Assembly (NCBI GenBank): GCA_963665815.1
Contig: OY762463.1
Location: 3,456,001-3,520,000 of the forward strand
DNA: 64,000 nucleotides
Origin: Candidatus Cloacimonadales bacterium
Lineage (GTDB): Bacteria; Cloacimonadota; Cloacimonadia; Cloacimonadales; JAIOQZ01
Direction of reading: 5' to 3'
The notes below the pieces were generated by a model. That model was given only the letters and a program-made list of their open reading frames with translations, was not told the origin of the DNA and did not search any database. Positions 21,501 to 31,390 of this stretch are shown here, in pieces (position 1 is the stretch's first letter; every line of letters starts with the position of its first letter). A program made the translations under genes and the position numbers.

Positions 21501-23535
21501 CATCACTGTTTGTATCTCCACCGTATGTATCATCATAAAGACTCGTGAAAACAATAGGATTACTCTGAGTCCCAACAGAAGTTAAAGTTCCATACACTTC
21601 CATGTTTGCCCCACTGAGAGCTTTAAATATTGTTCCTTCAGTAAGTGTAAGAGTTACATCATCATTAATCGTCAGCCTATTCGTTAAACAGGTGACAATA
21701 TCTGATGGCCATGTCAGACTGTTTGTAATTGTACCCTCAATGGAAAGAGCATTTATACCATTGTTATTGAAAACATTGCCGGTATACTCATATATTGTTC
21801 CTCTATTTACTTTAACAGGATAATTAATATTGTTGTTGAAAGTACAGTTATCTATCTGAACATCACTTCTATATGTATAAACACCACTATAACTGCTGTT
21901 TTCTATCGTGCAGTTGCTGATAGTACTGGCACCTGAGCTGTAATAATAAATCATTGCCTGTGATGAATAGTCTCCGCCATAACGGAATATACAATGATTA
22001 AGATTGCTGATACCATTCAGATCTCCATTGCCATTTACTGACAGACATCCCCAGTTTCCCGGAGCAGGTGAAGTTGCATCGCTGTCATTATTGGTGTCAC
22101 CACCGATAGTATCATCGTAGCGACTTGTAAACACTATTGGGTTTGATGCCGTACCATTGGCATTGAGTGTCCCGTCTACCCATAACTTACCACTACTAAG
22201 TGATTTGAATTTTGCACCTGCAGTCAGAGTAAGAGTGATATCATCAGCAACGGTAAGAGTCCCGGATAAATCTGTTATAATATCTGAAGGCCAGGTCATG
22301 TCGCTTTCAATTGTACCTTGAATCAATAATGCATCCGTACCGTTATTGCTGAAGCTGAGACCTGAGTACGGATAGATTGTTCCATTTTCTATTACAAGAG
22401 GATAATCTCCATTATTGTTAAACGAAGTATTGTTAACTTGCACATCACTTTGGTGAGAACTTATTCCGTGATAACTGCTTTTTTCAACAATACAATTATT
22501 TACACTGCTGCTTTCGGCGTTATTGAAGTACAGCATAGAATGAAGGCTATAATCTCCTCCGTAACGGAAAACACAATTGTTAAGTGTACCGGAACCAATA
22601 TCATCAGAATATCCATAAAAGTTTATGCATCCCCAGTTACCGGGGGCAGGTGATGTTGCACTTCCATCATTATTGGTGTCACTACCGTAAGTATCATCCT
22701 TAAGGCTGGTGAAAACAATTGGATTTGCCACTGTACCGTTAGCAATCAAAGTTCCTCTCACATTGAGGTTACCTCCGGAAGTAGACTTGAATATCGTTCC
22801 TGCCGGGATTGTAAGAGTAGCATCACTGTTGAGGTCTACATCGTCGTTGAAGGTAGTTATAAGGTTTGTAGTCCAGGTCATGTCACTGGATATTGTTCCA
22901 TTCATGGCTATTGCATTAAAGGAGTTGCCGGAAGCTGCATTTGAGTTGTATGGCTTAATAGTAACATCATCAAGATCCACAGCGTATCCGTTATTATTGT
23001 TGAATGAACTGAAATTTATGTCAATCTCGCAATCATCTGCTTTTAAGCCGGAACCTGAACTGAGTTCAGATATTGAATTGAGAAATTCCGCCTGCTGACA
23101 GTAAGAAAAACGTATATTTGTGTATTGTGACTGTCCACCATATCTGATTCTGGCATAGTTAAACTCGCCTATGCCCTCACTACTGCTATATCCATTGATC
23201 ATAATTCCTTTCCAGTCTCCCGGGTTGGCATTACTATCAGATTGCGTAATGGTTTCACCCACAGTGTTATCATCAACTGATGTGAAAATTGCATAGTTAT
23301 TAGATGATCCATTAACGTCAATATGACCATTAACAGTAAGCCCGGAACCATGGGCAAATTTAATTACGGCTCCCTGTTGAACAGTTAATTGATGTCCTTC
23401 ATTAACATATATGTCGTCTTCTGCATAATATGTCTGATTAGTCAGGTTCATACCGGAAACATTACCATTGATAATGGTGTATCCGTTGAGAAGCAGGGGC
23501 AGGAAAAGAATTAAAGCAAAACTTATTTTTCTCAT
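18544..23535 (-). CDS. Large secreted right-handed beta-helix repeat protein with C-terminal Ig-like domains
   Basis: Signal peptide; seven FTSxxDD-containing repeats of about 194 aa (PIVFTSxxDDxYGGDTNxDG...PGDW); Ig-like segment RNTGSVNLNITEI. Confidence 0.85.
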   Translation of the reverse strand: MRKISFALILFLPLLLNGYTIINGNVSGMNLTNQTYYAEDDIYVNEGHQLTVQQGAVIKFAHGSGLTVNGHIDVNGSSNNYAIFTSVDDNTVGETITQSDSNANPGDWKGIMINGYSSSEGIGEFNYARIRYGGQSQYTNIRFSYCQQAEFLNSISELSSGSGLKADDCEIDINFSSFNNNNGYAVDLDDVTIKPYNSNAASGNSFNAIAMNGTISSDMTWTTNLITTFNDDVDLNSDATLTIPAGTIFKSTSGGNLNVRGTLIANGTVANPIVFTSLKDDTYGSDTNNDGSATSPAPGNWGCINFYGYSDDIGSGTLNNCVFRYGGDYSLHSMLYFNNAESSSVNNCIVEKSSYHGISSHQSDVQVNNTSFNNNGDYPLVIENGTIYPYSGLSFSNNGTDALLIQGTIESDMTWPSDIITDLSGTLTVADDITLTLTAGAKFKSLSSGKLWVDGTLNANGTASNPIVFTSRYDDTIGGDTNNDSDATSPAPGNWGCLSVNGNGDLNGISNLNHCIFRYGGDYSSQAMIYYYSSGASTISNCTIENSSYSGVYTYRSDVQIDNCTFNNNINYPVKVNRGTIYEYTGNVFNNNGINALSIEGTITNSLTWPSDIVTCLTNRLTINDDVTLTLTEGTIFKALSGANMEVYGTLTSVGTQSNPIVFTSLYDDTYGGDTNSDGNATSPSPGDLGTIWFNSYGDNDGAGQLENCIVRYGGSYSYQSMIYFSGGSQSTVENCLIEHSSYSGIKSNDSDIQINNNAFSHNNGHPVLIDDGVINVYSGNTFNDNSINALGVNGTITNDLIWPSDVVTNITGNFYINDDVVLTLTEGTIFKINNVSNFEVNGTLTANGTQSNPVVFTSIKDDTYGGDTNSDGTSSIPAPGDWQSIFFNGNGDNEGAGQFSNCVIRYGGSYNVSSMLYFTSGSQSIIENSRIEYSNYSGIRSYESDVQINNSTFTDNDIYPMWIDGGIFYAYSGNTFTGNGINALGVEGNITSDLTWPSDVVTNITGNFYINDDAVLTLTEGTVFKINSSANFEVNGTLTANGTQSNPVVFTSIKDDNYGGDTNSDGTSSIPAPGDWQCLYFTGDGNNDGVGQFNNCVIRYGGYYNYNAMVYFANDSQSTVENSRIEYSSYSGVRSYGSDVQINNNTFENNNLYPILIDDGVFYTYTGNTLINNGIDALGIEGTVSNDLTWTSDLVTNLTGTLYVNDNVTLTIPNGSIFKSSANGALEVSGSLIMAGTETDSVVFTSIHDDNYGGDTKHDGNAVSEDQWEWKGIAFYSGSDNVAAIDMSHTILRYGGSYTAAGSAELYITADVTGSIDNSEISYSNSKGINFNNSSITVRNCAVKSNTSYGIEINGGVTPDLGQTQSNPGLNTLTNNNSDGFQMRNNSANQVNAVFNKWDYNTAQLIDDHIFDNDENQNYGEVIFDPWFEEIVEITFLTEDSLDAGIVYYGSSDTLECRFRNTGSVNLNITEITLTDSTDSVFELLNSSPIILTPGQTETVLVVVTPDGENDYHGTLRITNDSTNQPVAEVSLNASGEYDTIPAPQNISFVLNSGNAVINWDEVTKTTHNLDVDIDFYVINYSETLEADPDSYYHLTIVRDTTFTHNGVAAFAPQMFYQVIAIRDYEGIYDYLNNIDSESREMITWGEFKRRLSSPAVPETAE

Positions 23536-23734
23536 TAAAAATCTCCAGAATGTATTGATTACAAAAAAACATTAGTTACTTACCGATAGTCAGCACCAAT
23601 AATGAGTTATCATTTATTATAAACACGTTCATTAAAATGATTTTTGCATAAGCTGTCAACCATAATGTTATAAATTATTAAGCTTATGAGATAGTGATTA
23701 ATACATGAGATGTTAGATGAAAATAAGCGCATAA

Positions 23735-25585
23735 CTATTTTGGAATTTCCTCAATAATTGAGTCATAGAAATAATAATCTGCCATTTTTTGTGTGTATTC
23801 TTCCGGGGACATATCCAGAGGTTGAAGTTTATAGTAGTATCTCCAGTCAGTAAGGACAACATCATCATTGCCATCATTATCGATGTCCTTTACAAACTGA
23901 TATCTATATCCATTTGTCAGAGGTATGAATTCTTTAGCCGTTTTACCATCGAACTCATAACCAAACAAAGTTGTGTAAGGACCATCGTTTAACCAGAATA
24001 ACGGGTCATCGCAATAGTACTAAGGCACACCGTTCTCGTTCAGGTCTGCTTCGTTATAGGTAATATAATCAATAAACTGTGGATAATCTGCCTTAATAGT
24101 CCATTCGTTCTCCTGATTGATATAGAATCCCAGGGTTTCCCTATAGCCTTCATCAGCACTAAAACTGTAAAATACTGCAGCGAGTTCCTGTATCCCGTCT
24201 TTTTCTATGTCATCAAAGCTAATTTCTGCCAAGCTATAACCATTGGAATAGAATACAGATCGATTGTATTCATAGCCATGTGGCAACTCAATAAGTGTGA
24301 AAGTTTCCTGATTGCTAATGTTACAGATTTTTATTTCGGGTTTAAATATTGCTTTACTTTTTTCTACTTGGTAGCCAATTGCCAGTAAACTGTCATGAAA
24401 TGCAATGCATTCTATTGGATATTCTGAGTTCCAGGTTGAGATCAGGATATCTTCTGAAGAGTTGTATAAGAATATTTGTTTATTCTTAAAATATAAATGA
24501 CATTCCTCACCTTTATGATTAACAGGGGTATATCCATAAGTTAAGTCGTTTAGTGCTGTAATCGTATCACCGGGAACTGAACGTACAATCTCAGGGAAAT
24601 CCTCATACTTCCTGAGCAGCTCTCCTCGATACGATTTCTCTTTATATCTTATTTTAGTTTTTTTAAGCTCGAATGGTGCGAGAAGTGTTCCCTCATTTAT
24701 TGCTTTGGCAATTAAGAACCTGTTCGATACGTACTCATCATAGCAACTAAAACCAAGAAAATGTAACGCCATCTCGTATAGTTTTTTATACTGCCCTGTT
24801 TTGTATAAGCAGCTCATCATTTTAACATAGGATTCACAGTCTGATTCTTCCCTTGATGCTTTGTAAAGATCATAAGCTTCATCGTATTTTCCTGCAACCA
24901 ATAACGAATCAGCAGTAACAAAATCTAAAAGCATAAGTTGGTAGTTTTCAAGGGTGTATACGCTTTTTTTAGAATTCTTCTCTATCTCAATTAATGAGTT
25001 ACTGATATCTATCAGTATTCCATCATAATTCAGCTCTTCGGTTAAACGTCTTATACTATCAGCGTTATAAAGATGTATTTTTCCATAAGATGATGGTCTA
25101 TTTTCGTTTGTTACGATAACCGAAGCATTATTATATTTGAAGAGATTAATATCTGTGTAGAATTCGGGATAATCATATTTGCGTACATATTTCCTGTTCA
25201 TGAATAAGGTGTGAACAAAGTCATTACCTCGTAAGTAAGAATGCAATGCCCACACTTTCAAATCGTCTACAGTCATTATGGCAACAACCTTGATTGTGTG
25301 ATTTGCAGGTGAGATATTCTTATTCACGGTTAATCTTGCAAACTGAACAAAGAGTGTGTCTACAATAGTGTTTCTTGCTACTTTATCGGTTATGTCAGAG
25401 CAGTCTCTGTCAACAAATCCCTGGAACTTGTTTCTCAATAATGATAAATCAAATTCCTTTGACTTCAGGAACTTTTCTGCAATTTTAACAGAATTTATGT
25501 CATAAAATTTGTACTTATTGTTTCCACAAAATGCTGAAATTGAAAGGGATAAAAGTAAAATTACCAGTAAAATTATTTTTCTCAT
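23735..25585 (-). pseudogene. Secreted hypothetical protein interrupted by one in-frame TAG at 24020-24022
   Basis: The 24020-25591 and 23735-23968 ORFs share a frame; read-through gives ...DLNENGVP*YYCDDPLFWLNDGPYTTLFGYEF... Confidence 0.7.
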
Positions 25586-25607
25586 AAACACCTGTTTTTT
25601 TTAATTA

Positions 25608-25636
25608 AACCACGAAAGACACGAAACTACACGAAA
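25608..25636 (+). repeat. Short triple repeat AACCACGAAA-GACACGAAA-CTACACGAAA
   Basis: Three CACGAAA cores; a degenerate version (AACCATGAAAGGCATG) lies near 25734. Confidence 0.6.
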
Positions 25637-25974
25637 AATATTGTTACAATAAACGGATTACTATACTAAGTATCTTCACCCGAACCAATGTCATATTTCT
25701 ATGGGTACTAACAAAGTATGTCAAGTTTCTTTTAACCATGAAAGGCATGTAGGTCATAGTAACAACACTGTTTTTTCCTTAGAATCTGTTCTCAGGCTGG
25801 GTAAAAAGGTAATTTTTGTTGCTTGACTCACATAAACATAATCCCTTTCGACTCCTCTCAGGGAACAATCATTTTATTATATATCAATATTTTAAGCTGG
25901 TTGAGTCCCGAAGAATCGGGAAAACCTGCGACATAAATAACAATTAACTTTAGGTAGCTTGCATTTTTACACCC

Positions 25975-26003
25975 AAAAAAAGACTGCCCTTGCGAGCAGT
26001 CTT
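25975..26003 (-). terminator. Intrinsic terminator of the glmM-like operon
   Basis: AAGACTGC/GCAGTCTT stem followed on the minus strand by a T run. Confidence 0.75.
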
Positions 26004-26010
26004 AAATATA

Positions 26011-27354
26011 TTACTTAGTCAGTATTTCAATTGTCTTATCACACAGCTCTCTCGAGTATTCTGTGCTTACGCTTTCAACATACACCCGGATAATTGGTTC
26101 CGTACCGGATTTCCTGATGTGAATCCAGTAATCCTCGGCAATATACTTTATCCCGTCTGTTTTGTCTTTTCTCAGCTCAGGATATAATGTATCTGCCTTT
26201 TCCATAATACCGTCGAGTTTCTCGGGAGCGACCTTAACCTTGTCTTTTGCAAAGTAGAAGTGTGGAATCTCAGTAGCAATCTCGGAAAGAGGTCTGTTTT
26301 CTTCTGCAAGCAGCCCAAGGATTAACGCTATACCTGCCGGAGCATCTCTAGTGTAATGTACTTCCGGGCAGATTATACCACCGTTTCCTTCACCGCCAAC
26401 AGCAGCTTCTATCTCCATCATCTTTTTACCAACGTTGATTTCTCCAACCTTGGTTCTGTGTACTTCCGCACCGAACTTGGCAGCTATTCTTTCTGATGCC
26501 ATGGAAGATGACAGGTTTGTAACAATATCACCCTTTTTCTTAGCGAGAATGAATTTCTCAGCCAGAAGCAGTGAGAACTCTTCACCAACACAATTACCGT
26601 TTTCATCAACAAGCGAAAGACGGTCAACATCTGGATCTGTCGCGAAACCTATATCTGCTTTGTGTTCTTTAACAGCCTGTTCGAGCTGTCCAAGATTCTT
26701 ATTCAGAGGTTCCGGTGTGTGTGCAAAATGTCCGTTAGGTTCGGAGTTGATTTCTATAACTTCACAGCCAAGTCTTCTAAGAAGCTCAGGGGAAACAAGT
26801 CCACCGGCTCCGTTAACAGAGTCTATAACTGCTTTATATTTCTTTGCTTTGATTTTCTCAATATCAAGATAGGGGATAGCCAGTATCTTTTGCAGGTGAT
26901 TTTCTATAGCATCATCTCTGCTTGTGAGCTTACCCATCTTGTCCCATGCAGCGTATTCTACAGGTTCCGGAATACTGCTGATGAGCTTTGAAGCTTTTTC
27001 AGGGAACAGGAACATTCCGTTTGCATCAACAAACTTCATAGCATTCCATTCCTGAGAATTATGTGATGCTGTAATAGATATTCCACCGTCAGCATCAGAT
27101 TCTTCTACAGCAAGAAGAACTGTAGGAGTAGAAACGATTCCGATCAGTTCAACATCACAACCGACACTGAGTAGTCCGGAAACAACTGCAGCCTGCATAG
27201 CTTCACCTGTTGTACGGGAGTCTCTACCAACGATTATCTTACCGCGATTCTGCAGGATTCCGAAATGAGCAGCAAACTTCATTGCAATGTCGGGAGTAAG
27301 AGTATCACCGTATACGCCACGTACACCGGAGACACTTGCCATTAATTTACTCAT
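26011..27354 (-). CDS. glmM: Phosphoglucosamine mutase / phosphomannomutase family
   Basis: SVSGVRG, GRDSR, ITASHN, DPDVDR, GGEGNGG, RKSGTEP; substrate specificity uncertain. Confidence 0.8.
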   Translation of the reverse strand: MSKLMASVSGVRGVYGDTLTPDIAMKFAAHFGILQNRGKIIVGRDSRTTGEAMQAAVVSGLLSVGCDVELIGIVSTPTVLLAVEESDADGGISITASHNSQEWNAMKFVDANGMFLFPEKASKLISSIPEPVEYAAWDKMGKLTSRDDAIENHLQKILAIPYLDIEKIKAKKYKAVIDSVNGAGGLVSPELLRRLGCEVIEINSEPNGHFAHTPEPLNKNLGQLEQAVKEHKADIGFATDPDVDRLSLVDENGNCVGEEFSLLLAEKFILAKKKGDIVTNLSSSMASERIAAKFGAEVHRTKVGEINVGKKMMEIEAAVGGEGNGGIICPEVHYTRDAPAGIALILGLLAEENRPLSEIATEIPHFYFAKDKVKVAPEKLDGIMEKADTLYPELRKDKTDGIKYIAEDYWIHIRKSGTEPIIRVYVESVSTEYSRELCDKTIEILTK

Positions 27355-27361
27355 AACGCAA

Positions 27362-28531
27362 CTACCTTTTGTATTCTACTTTACCATTGATGTAGACGGT
27401 TTCTACAACAGATCTGAAATCGAACGGATCTCCGTTGAATATGTTCAGATCAGCACTTTTACCTGTTTCAATTGATCCGAGTTCATCCTGCATTCCGAGG
27501 ATTTCAGCGGGATTGAGCGTTACAGCTCTTAACCCGGATTCAGGATTCAGTCCGTATCTTATTGCAAGTCGGATATCATCGAACAGAGAGCCGATTCTCT
27601 CAACCGGAGCATCTGTCATCATGGAGAATTTAACACCTGCTTCATCAAGGATTCTAGCAGACTCAAGAGTCGCATCTTTAAGTTCAACTTTTGGTTTTGT
27701 TCCATTGATAGGTCCAATAATTACAGGAATGTTATTCTTTGCCAGGTAATCGGCAATCTTGAATCCTTCAGTACAGTGTTCAATAACAATACCGACATTG
27801 AATTCTTTTGCTAATCTGATAGCAGTCTGAATATCATCCATTCTATGTGCGTGAGCTCTCAATTTCTTTTTGTTTTCGAGAACTTCTACAATTATTTCTT
27901 TATCATATTCCGGGATGAACGGTTCTTTCGGCTCATCGTCTTTTTGTGGTTTGCTAAGCTGAAAATCTCTTTTGATTCTGTATGAATCTGCATCCTGAAG
28001 AGCTTTTCTGAGAACAGCAGCAACACCCATTCTTGTTTCCGGCATGGTACCCTTGCTTCCGTATACTCGTTTAGGGTTTTCACCGAAGGCACATTTAAGA
28101 CCAACATAGTCATTCACGAGCATTTCTTCCAGAATGTGGCTGATTGGTTTGACAACACACATTTGTCCACCGATAACGTTAGCACTTCCCGGGCCGATGC
28201 ACAAGGTTGTGACGCCATTACTTACAGCATCTTTAAAAGCTTCATCTTCAGGATATATTCCGTCGGCAGCTTTAACTTGCGGAGTGGTTGGGCTGGTAGC
28301 ATCGTTACCATCGTTACCCATGTCACCCATACCTTCATTGAAAACACCAACATGGCAGTGAGCATCAATGAAGCCGGGTGTTATCTGTTTATCTGTACAA
28401 TCTATGACTTCAGCATCTTTTGGGAGTTCAAAATCTCCTACCATCACAATTTTATTATCTTCTATAGCAACAGAACCGGTAATAGTTCCATTAGCAACTG
28501 TATGTATAACAGCATCTTTTAATACTATCAT
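27362..28531 (-). CDS. Amidohydrolase (imidazolonepropionase-like superfamily)
   Basis: PGFIDAHCH, KCAFGENPK, HAHR, EHCTE, GSIETGKSADL. Confidence 0.85.
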   Translation of the reverse strand: MIVLKDAVIHTVANGTITGSVAIEDNKIVMVGDFELPKDAEVIDCTDKQITPGFIDAHCHVGVFNEGMGDMGNDGNDATSPTTPQVKAADGIYPEDEAFKDAVSNGVTTLCIGPGSANVIGGQMCVVKPISHILEEMLVNDYVGLKCAFGENPKRVYGSKGTMPETRMGVAAVLRKALQDADSYRIKRDFQLSKPQKDDEPKEPFIPEYDKEIIVEVLENKKKLRAHAHRMDDIQTAIRLAKEFNVGIVIEHCTEGFKIADYLAKNNIPVIIGPINGTKPKVELKDATLESARILDEAGVKFSMMTDAPVERIGSLFDDIRLAIRYGLNPESGLRAVTLNPAEILGMQDELGSIETGKSADLNIFNGDPFDFRSVVETVYINGKVEYKR

Positions 28532-28541
28532 TATTACTCCG

Positions 28542-30539
28542 TTATTTTACAAGGTTATCAATTATTTCGTCTTTAACAAGGTTAGGTATGGTGATATATC
28601 CCTCTCCCTGGTGTTTCTCGTTCCAGTCTTTGGTTGTTTTTATGGCATTTTCGTTTCTTGCCCAGTTTCTTCTGGCAACTCCACCCATAACATCCCAGGA
28701 AAGAGCACTTTTGATTACATCATCCATTCTTTTGGTTCCATCAAGGACAATACCGTTTCCACCGTTGCTGGATCTTCCAATACCAACGCCACCACCATTG
28801 GAAAGCACTACAAGGGTCATTCCACGGGCAATGTTACCACCAAAGCATTGAACAGACATGTCAGCAGTGATATTTGAACCATCATATATATTAGCTGTTT
28901 CTCTGAATGGAGAGTCTGTACCGGATACATCATGGTGATCTCTACCAAGCATAACAGGTCCGATGATTCCTTTTCTTATCATTTCGTTGAATTTAAGAGC
29001 AATTCTTATACGACCTTCTTCGTCTGCATAAAGAATTCTTGCTTTTGTTCCAACAACAAGCTTGTTTTCTTCTGCAGTAGCAATCCAGTGATGATTATCA
29101 CGATCAAGAGATGATCTTTCGGGATCAATACAAGCCATAGCAGTTTTGTCAGTAGCCTGAAGGTCTTTTTCTTCTCCACTGAGGCATACCCATCTGAAAG
29201 GTCCGTAACCTCTGTCAAAGCAAATAGGTCCCATAATATCTTCTACATATGATGGCCAGATAAAGCCTTCTGTAGTGTCGTTTCCGTTTTTTGATATAGC
29301 TTTTTCGCCTGCATCGAATACAGAAGCCATGAAGCTGTTACCATAATCCCAGAAATAAGCACCTTTATCGGTAAGGTTTTTAATTACTTTATAGTGTCGG
29401 ATAAGTGATTCATCTACAAGTTTGTTAAATTTATCGGGATCATTTTCAATAAGTTCACGTCCTTTTTCAAAGCTGATACCTGCTGGTGTATAACCACCTT
29501 CGTATACGGCGTGACATGAAGTTTGATCGGAGATAAGGGGCACTTCAATATTGTTTTTATCAAAGTATTCAAGCAGATCAACAACATTACCGTGGTAAGC
29601 TATAGAAGTTGAGATTCCTTCATCTTTAGCTTCCTGCATCCATTTAGCAATCTCATCAAGATTATCGGATATTTTACTGACCCAGCCTTGCTCGTAGCGA
29701 GTCTGGATTCTGCTGTAATCAACTTCGGCAATTACACCAATACCGCCGGCAATCTCAACAGCTTTTGATTGAGCTCCGGACATTCCTCCGAGACCTGAAG
29801 AAATAAAGAAAACACCGTTAAGATCTTTATCAGCAGGAATTCCGAGATATTTTCTACCGGCATTAAGCAGGGTAATATATGTACCATGAACAATACCCTG
29901 TGGTCCAATATACATCCAACCGCCTGCAGTCATTTGACCGTAGTTGGTCACGCCAAGAGCAGTAAGTCTTTTAAAGTCTTCCGGGTTATCCCATTTACCA
30001 ACCATAAGACCGTTTGTAGATATTACTCTTGGTGCTTCCGGGCGTGATGGGAATAAACCGACAGGGTGACCTGAGCTGACAACGAGTGTCTGGTCATCAG
30101 TAATTACCTGAAGATATTTCATGATGAGCTGATACTGCATCCAGTTCTGGCATACTTGTCCCGTTTCTCCATAAGTAACCAGTTCGTAGGGATAAAGAGC
30201 GATGTCAAAATCCAGATTATTGTCGATCATGACTTGTAGGGCTCTACCTTGAGTTGTTCCCTTGTATTCATGTTCAGGTTTACCTTTCAGGTTTCCTTCC
30301 GGTCTGTATCTGTAACCATAGATTCTTCCCATGGTCTTGAGTTCTTCCAGAAATTCAGGCGCAAGTGTCTCATGCAATTCTTCGGGAATGTATCGCAAAG
30401 CATTTTTAAGTGCTGTTTTTATTTCATTTTTAGTAAGGTTAAGCCCCCTGTTCGGAGCTCTTCTGATACCTTCTTTAAACTCTTTTTTAGTTGGTAATTC
30501 ATTTGATAGTTTGATATTGATAATCTTATCCGTTTTCAT
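28542..30539 (-). CDS. hutU: Urocanate hydratase (long form)
   Basis: GQMTAGGWMYIGPQGIVHGT, GLGGMSGAQ, SDQTSCH, WDYGN, GPFRW, GRDHHD. Confidence 0.95.
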   Translation of the reverse strand: MKTDKIINIKLSNELPTKKEFKEGIRRAPNRGLNLTKNEIKTALKNALRYIPEELHETLAPEFLEELKTMGRIYGYRYRPEGNLKGKPEHEYKGTTQGRALQVMIDNNLDFDIALYPYELVTYGETGQVCQNWMQYQLIMKYLQVITDDQTLVVSSGHPVGLFPSRPEAPRVISTNGLMVGKWDNPEDFKRLTALGVTNYGQMTAGGWMYIGPQGIVHGTYITLLNAGRKYLGIPADKDLNGVFFISSGLGGMSGAQSKAVEIAGGIGVIAEVDYSRIQTRYEQGWVSKISDNLDEIAKWMQEAKDEGISTSIAYHGNVVDLLEYFDKNNIEVPLISDQTSCHAVYEGGYTPAGISFEKGRELIENDPDKFNKLVDESLIRHYKVIKNLTDKGAYFWDYGNSFMASVFDAGEKAISKNGNDTTEGFIWPSYVEDIMGPICFDRGYGPFRWVCLSGEEKDLQATDKTAMACIDPERSSLDRDNHHWIATAEENKLVVGTKARILYADEEGRIRIALKFNEMIRKGIIGPVMLGRDHHDVSGTDSPFRETANIYDGSNITADMSVQCFGGNIARGMTLVVLSNGGGVGIGRSSNGGNGIVLDGTKRMDDVIKSALSWDVMGGVARRNWARNENAIKTTKDWNEKHQGEGYITIPNLVKDEIIDNLVK

Positions 30540-30548
30540 TGTTTCTCC

Positions 30549-31382
30549 TTAGTCAATATATCCTGTTTTAATAATATCCTTAGGATCTGTTTTCCTGAAT
30601 TCTATAAATTCTTTGAATTTTGCTTCAATCATATTTATAACTTCAATACTTATGTTATGGTTATTTTTGCTTTTCTTCACATGTTTTCTGAGGACAAAAA
30701 TACCATCAATTGATGAGTTCTCGATATCAGGATAAAATCCCTGCTCAATAGTTTCTGTAACGATAAATACTTTTCCCTTTTCAAATGTTTTCTTCGCTTT
30801 GTTTGAGTAATGATCTACCCTGATAAAGTTTTCTTCATTGAAATTTCTAAAAGTATGTACTGTAATAAGCGGCAGTGTAATGCTATTCTTTGAGAAGTTT
30901 CTTTTACCTGCAAGTCTGTATTGAAGATCAAGCCTCTGGGCGAGCATGAGGAATTTTGGGGAATCCTTGGTCTTCATTGTAGGATTCTTTGTGCTTGTAA
31001 TCATATTCTGTTCATACAGTTTTAGGTCAGTTGTGAATTTTTGGTATCCCCATCTGATACCGGGATTGCATTTATTTCTGAATTTTTCCATGAGTATTGT
31101 AATCAAATCATCAATGTAGGCAACTGAGAACAATTCGGAATTACTTTTGAAACCGCCTTTAGCCAGCTTATCTGCTTTGTACTTGGGATTCTGTAGTTCT
31201 GTGGCGAAATCATTGAGTACATTTAAGAAAGTATCAATTTTTGCATCTTCAGCAGCGCAATAATCTTTAGCTTCCTTTTCAACCTTTCTCCATTTGATAG
31301 AAATCTCGTTCAAATACATTCTACTAATCGGGTTTTTTTCTGTTTTCTGTAAATTTTTTAAAACTTCTGTAAAGAACATCAC
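30549..31382 (-). CDS. Hypothetical protein, possibly a degenerate Bpu10I-family restriction endonuclease fold
   Basis: 277-aa ORF with GGAG RBS inside the operon; IDGIFVLRK and KTKD...RL segments recall that family (by eye only). Confidence 0.45.
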   Translation of the reverse strand: MMFFTEVLKNLQKTEKNPISRMYLNEISIKWRKVEKEAKDYCAAEDAKIDTFLNVLNDFATELQNPKYKADKLAKGGFKSNSELFSVAYIDDLITILMEKFRNKCNPGIRWGYQKFTTDLKLYEQNMITSTKNPTMKTKDSPKFLMLAQRLDLQYRLAGKRNFSKNSITLPLITVHTFRNFNEENFIRVDHYSNKAKKTFEKGKVFIVTETIEQGFYPDIENSSIDGIFVLRKHVKKSKNNHNISIEVINMIEAKFKEFIEFRKTDPKDIIKTGYID

Positions 31383-31390
31383 ATCTCCAA

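Noticed and set aside
24020..24022. Genome-wide TAG reassignment
   Set aside because: TAG ends other genes at natural C-termini (3926, 18502); only one interrupted gene was seen
26435..28877. Antisense ORFs of 100-170 aa overlapping glmM, the amidohydrolase and hutU (and similar ones elsewhere)
   Set aside because: They are shadow frames of well-supported genes, with no motifs
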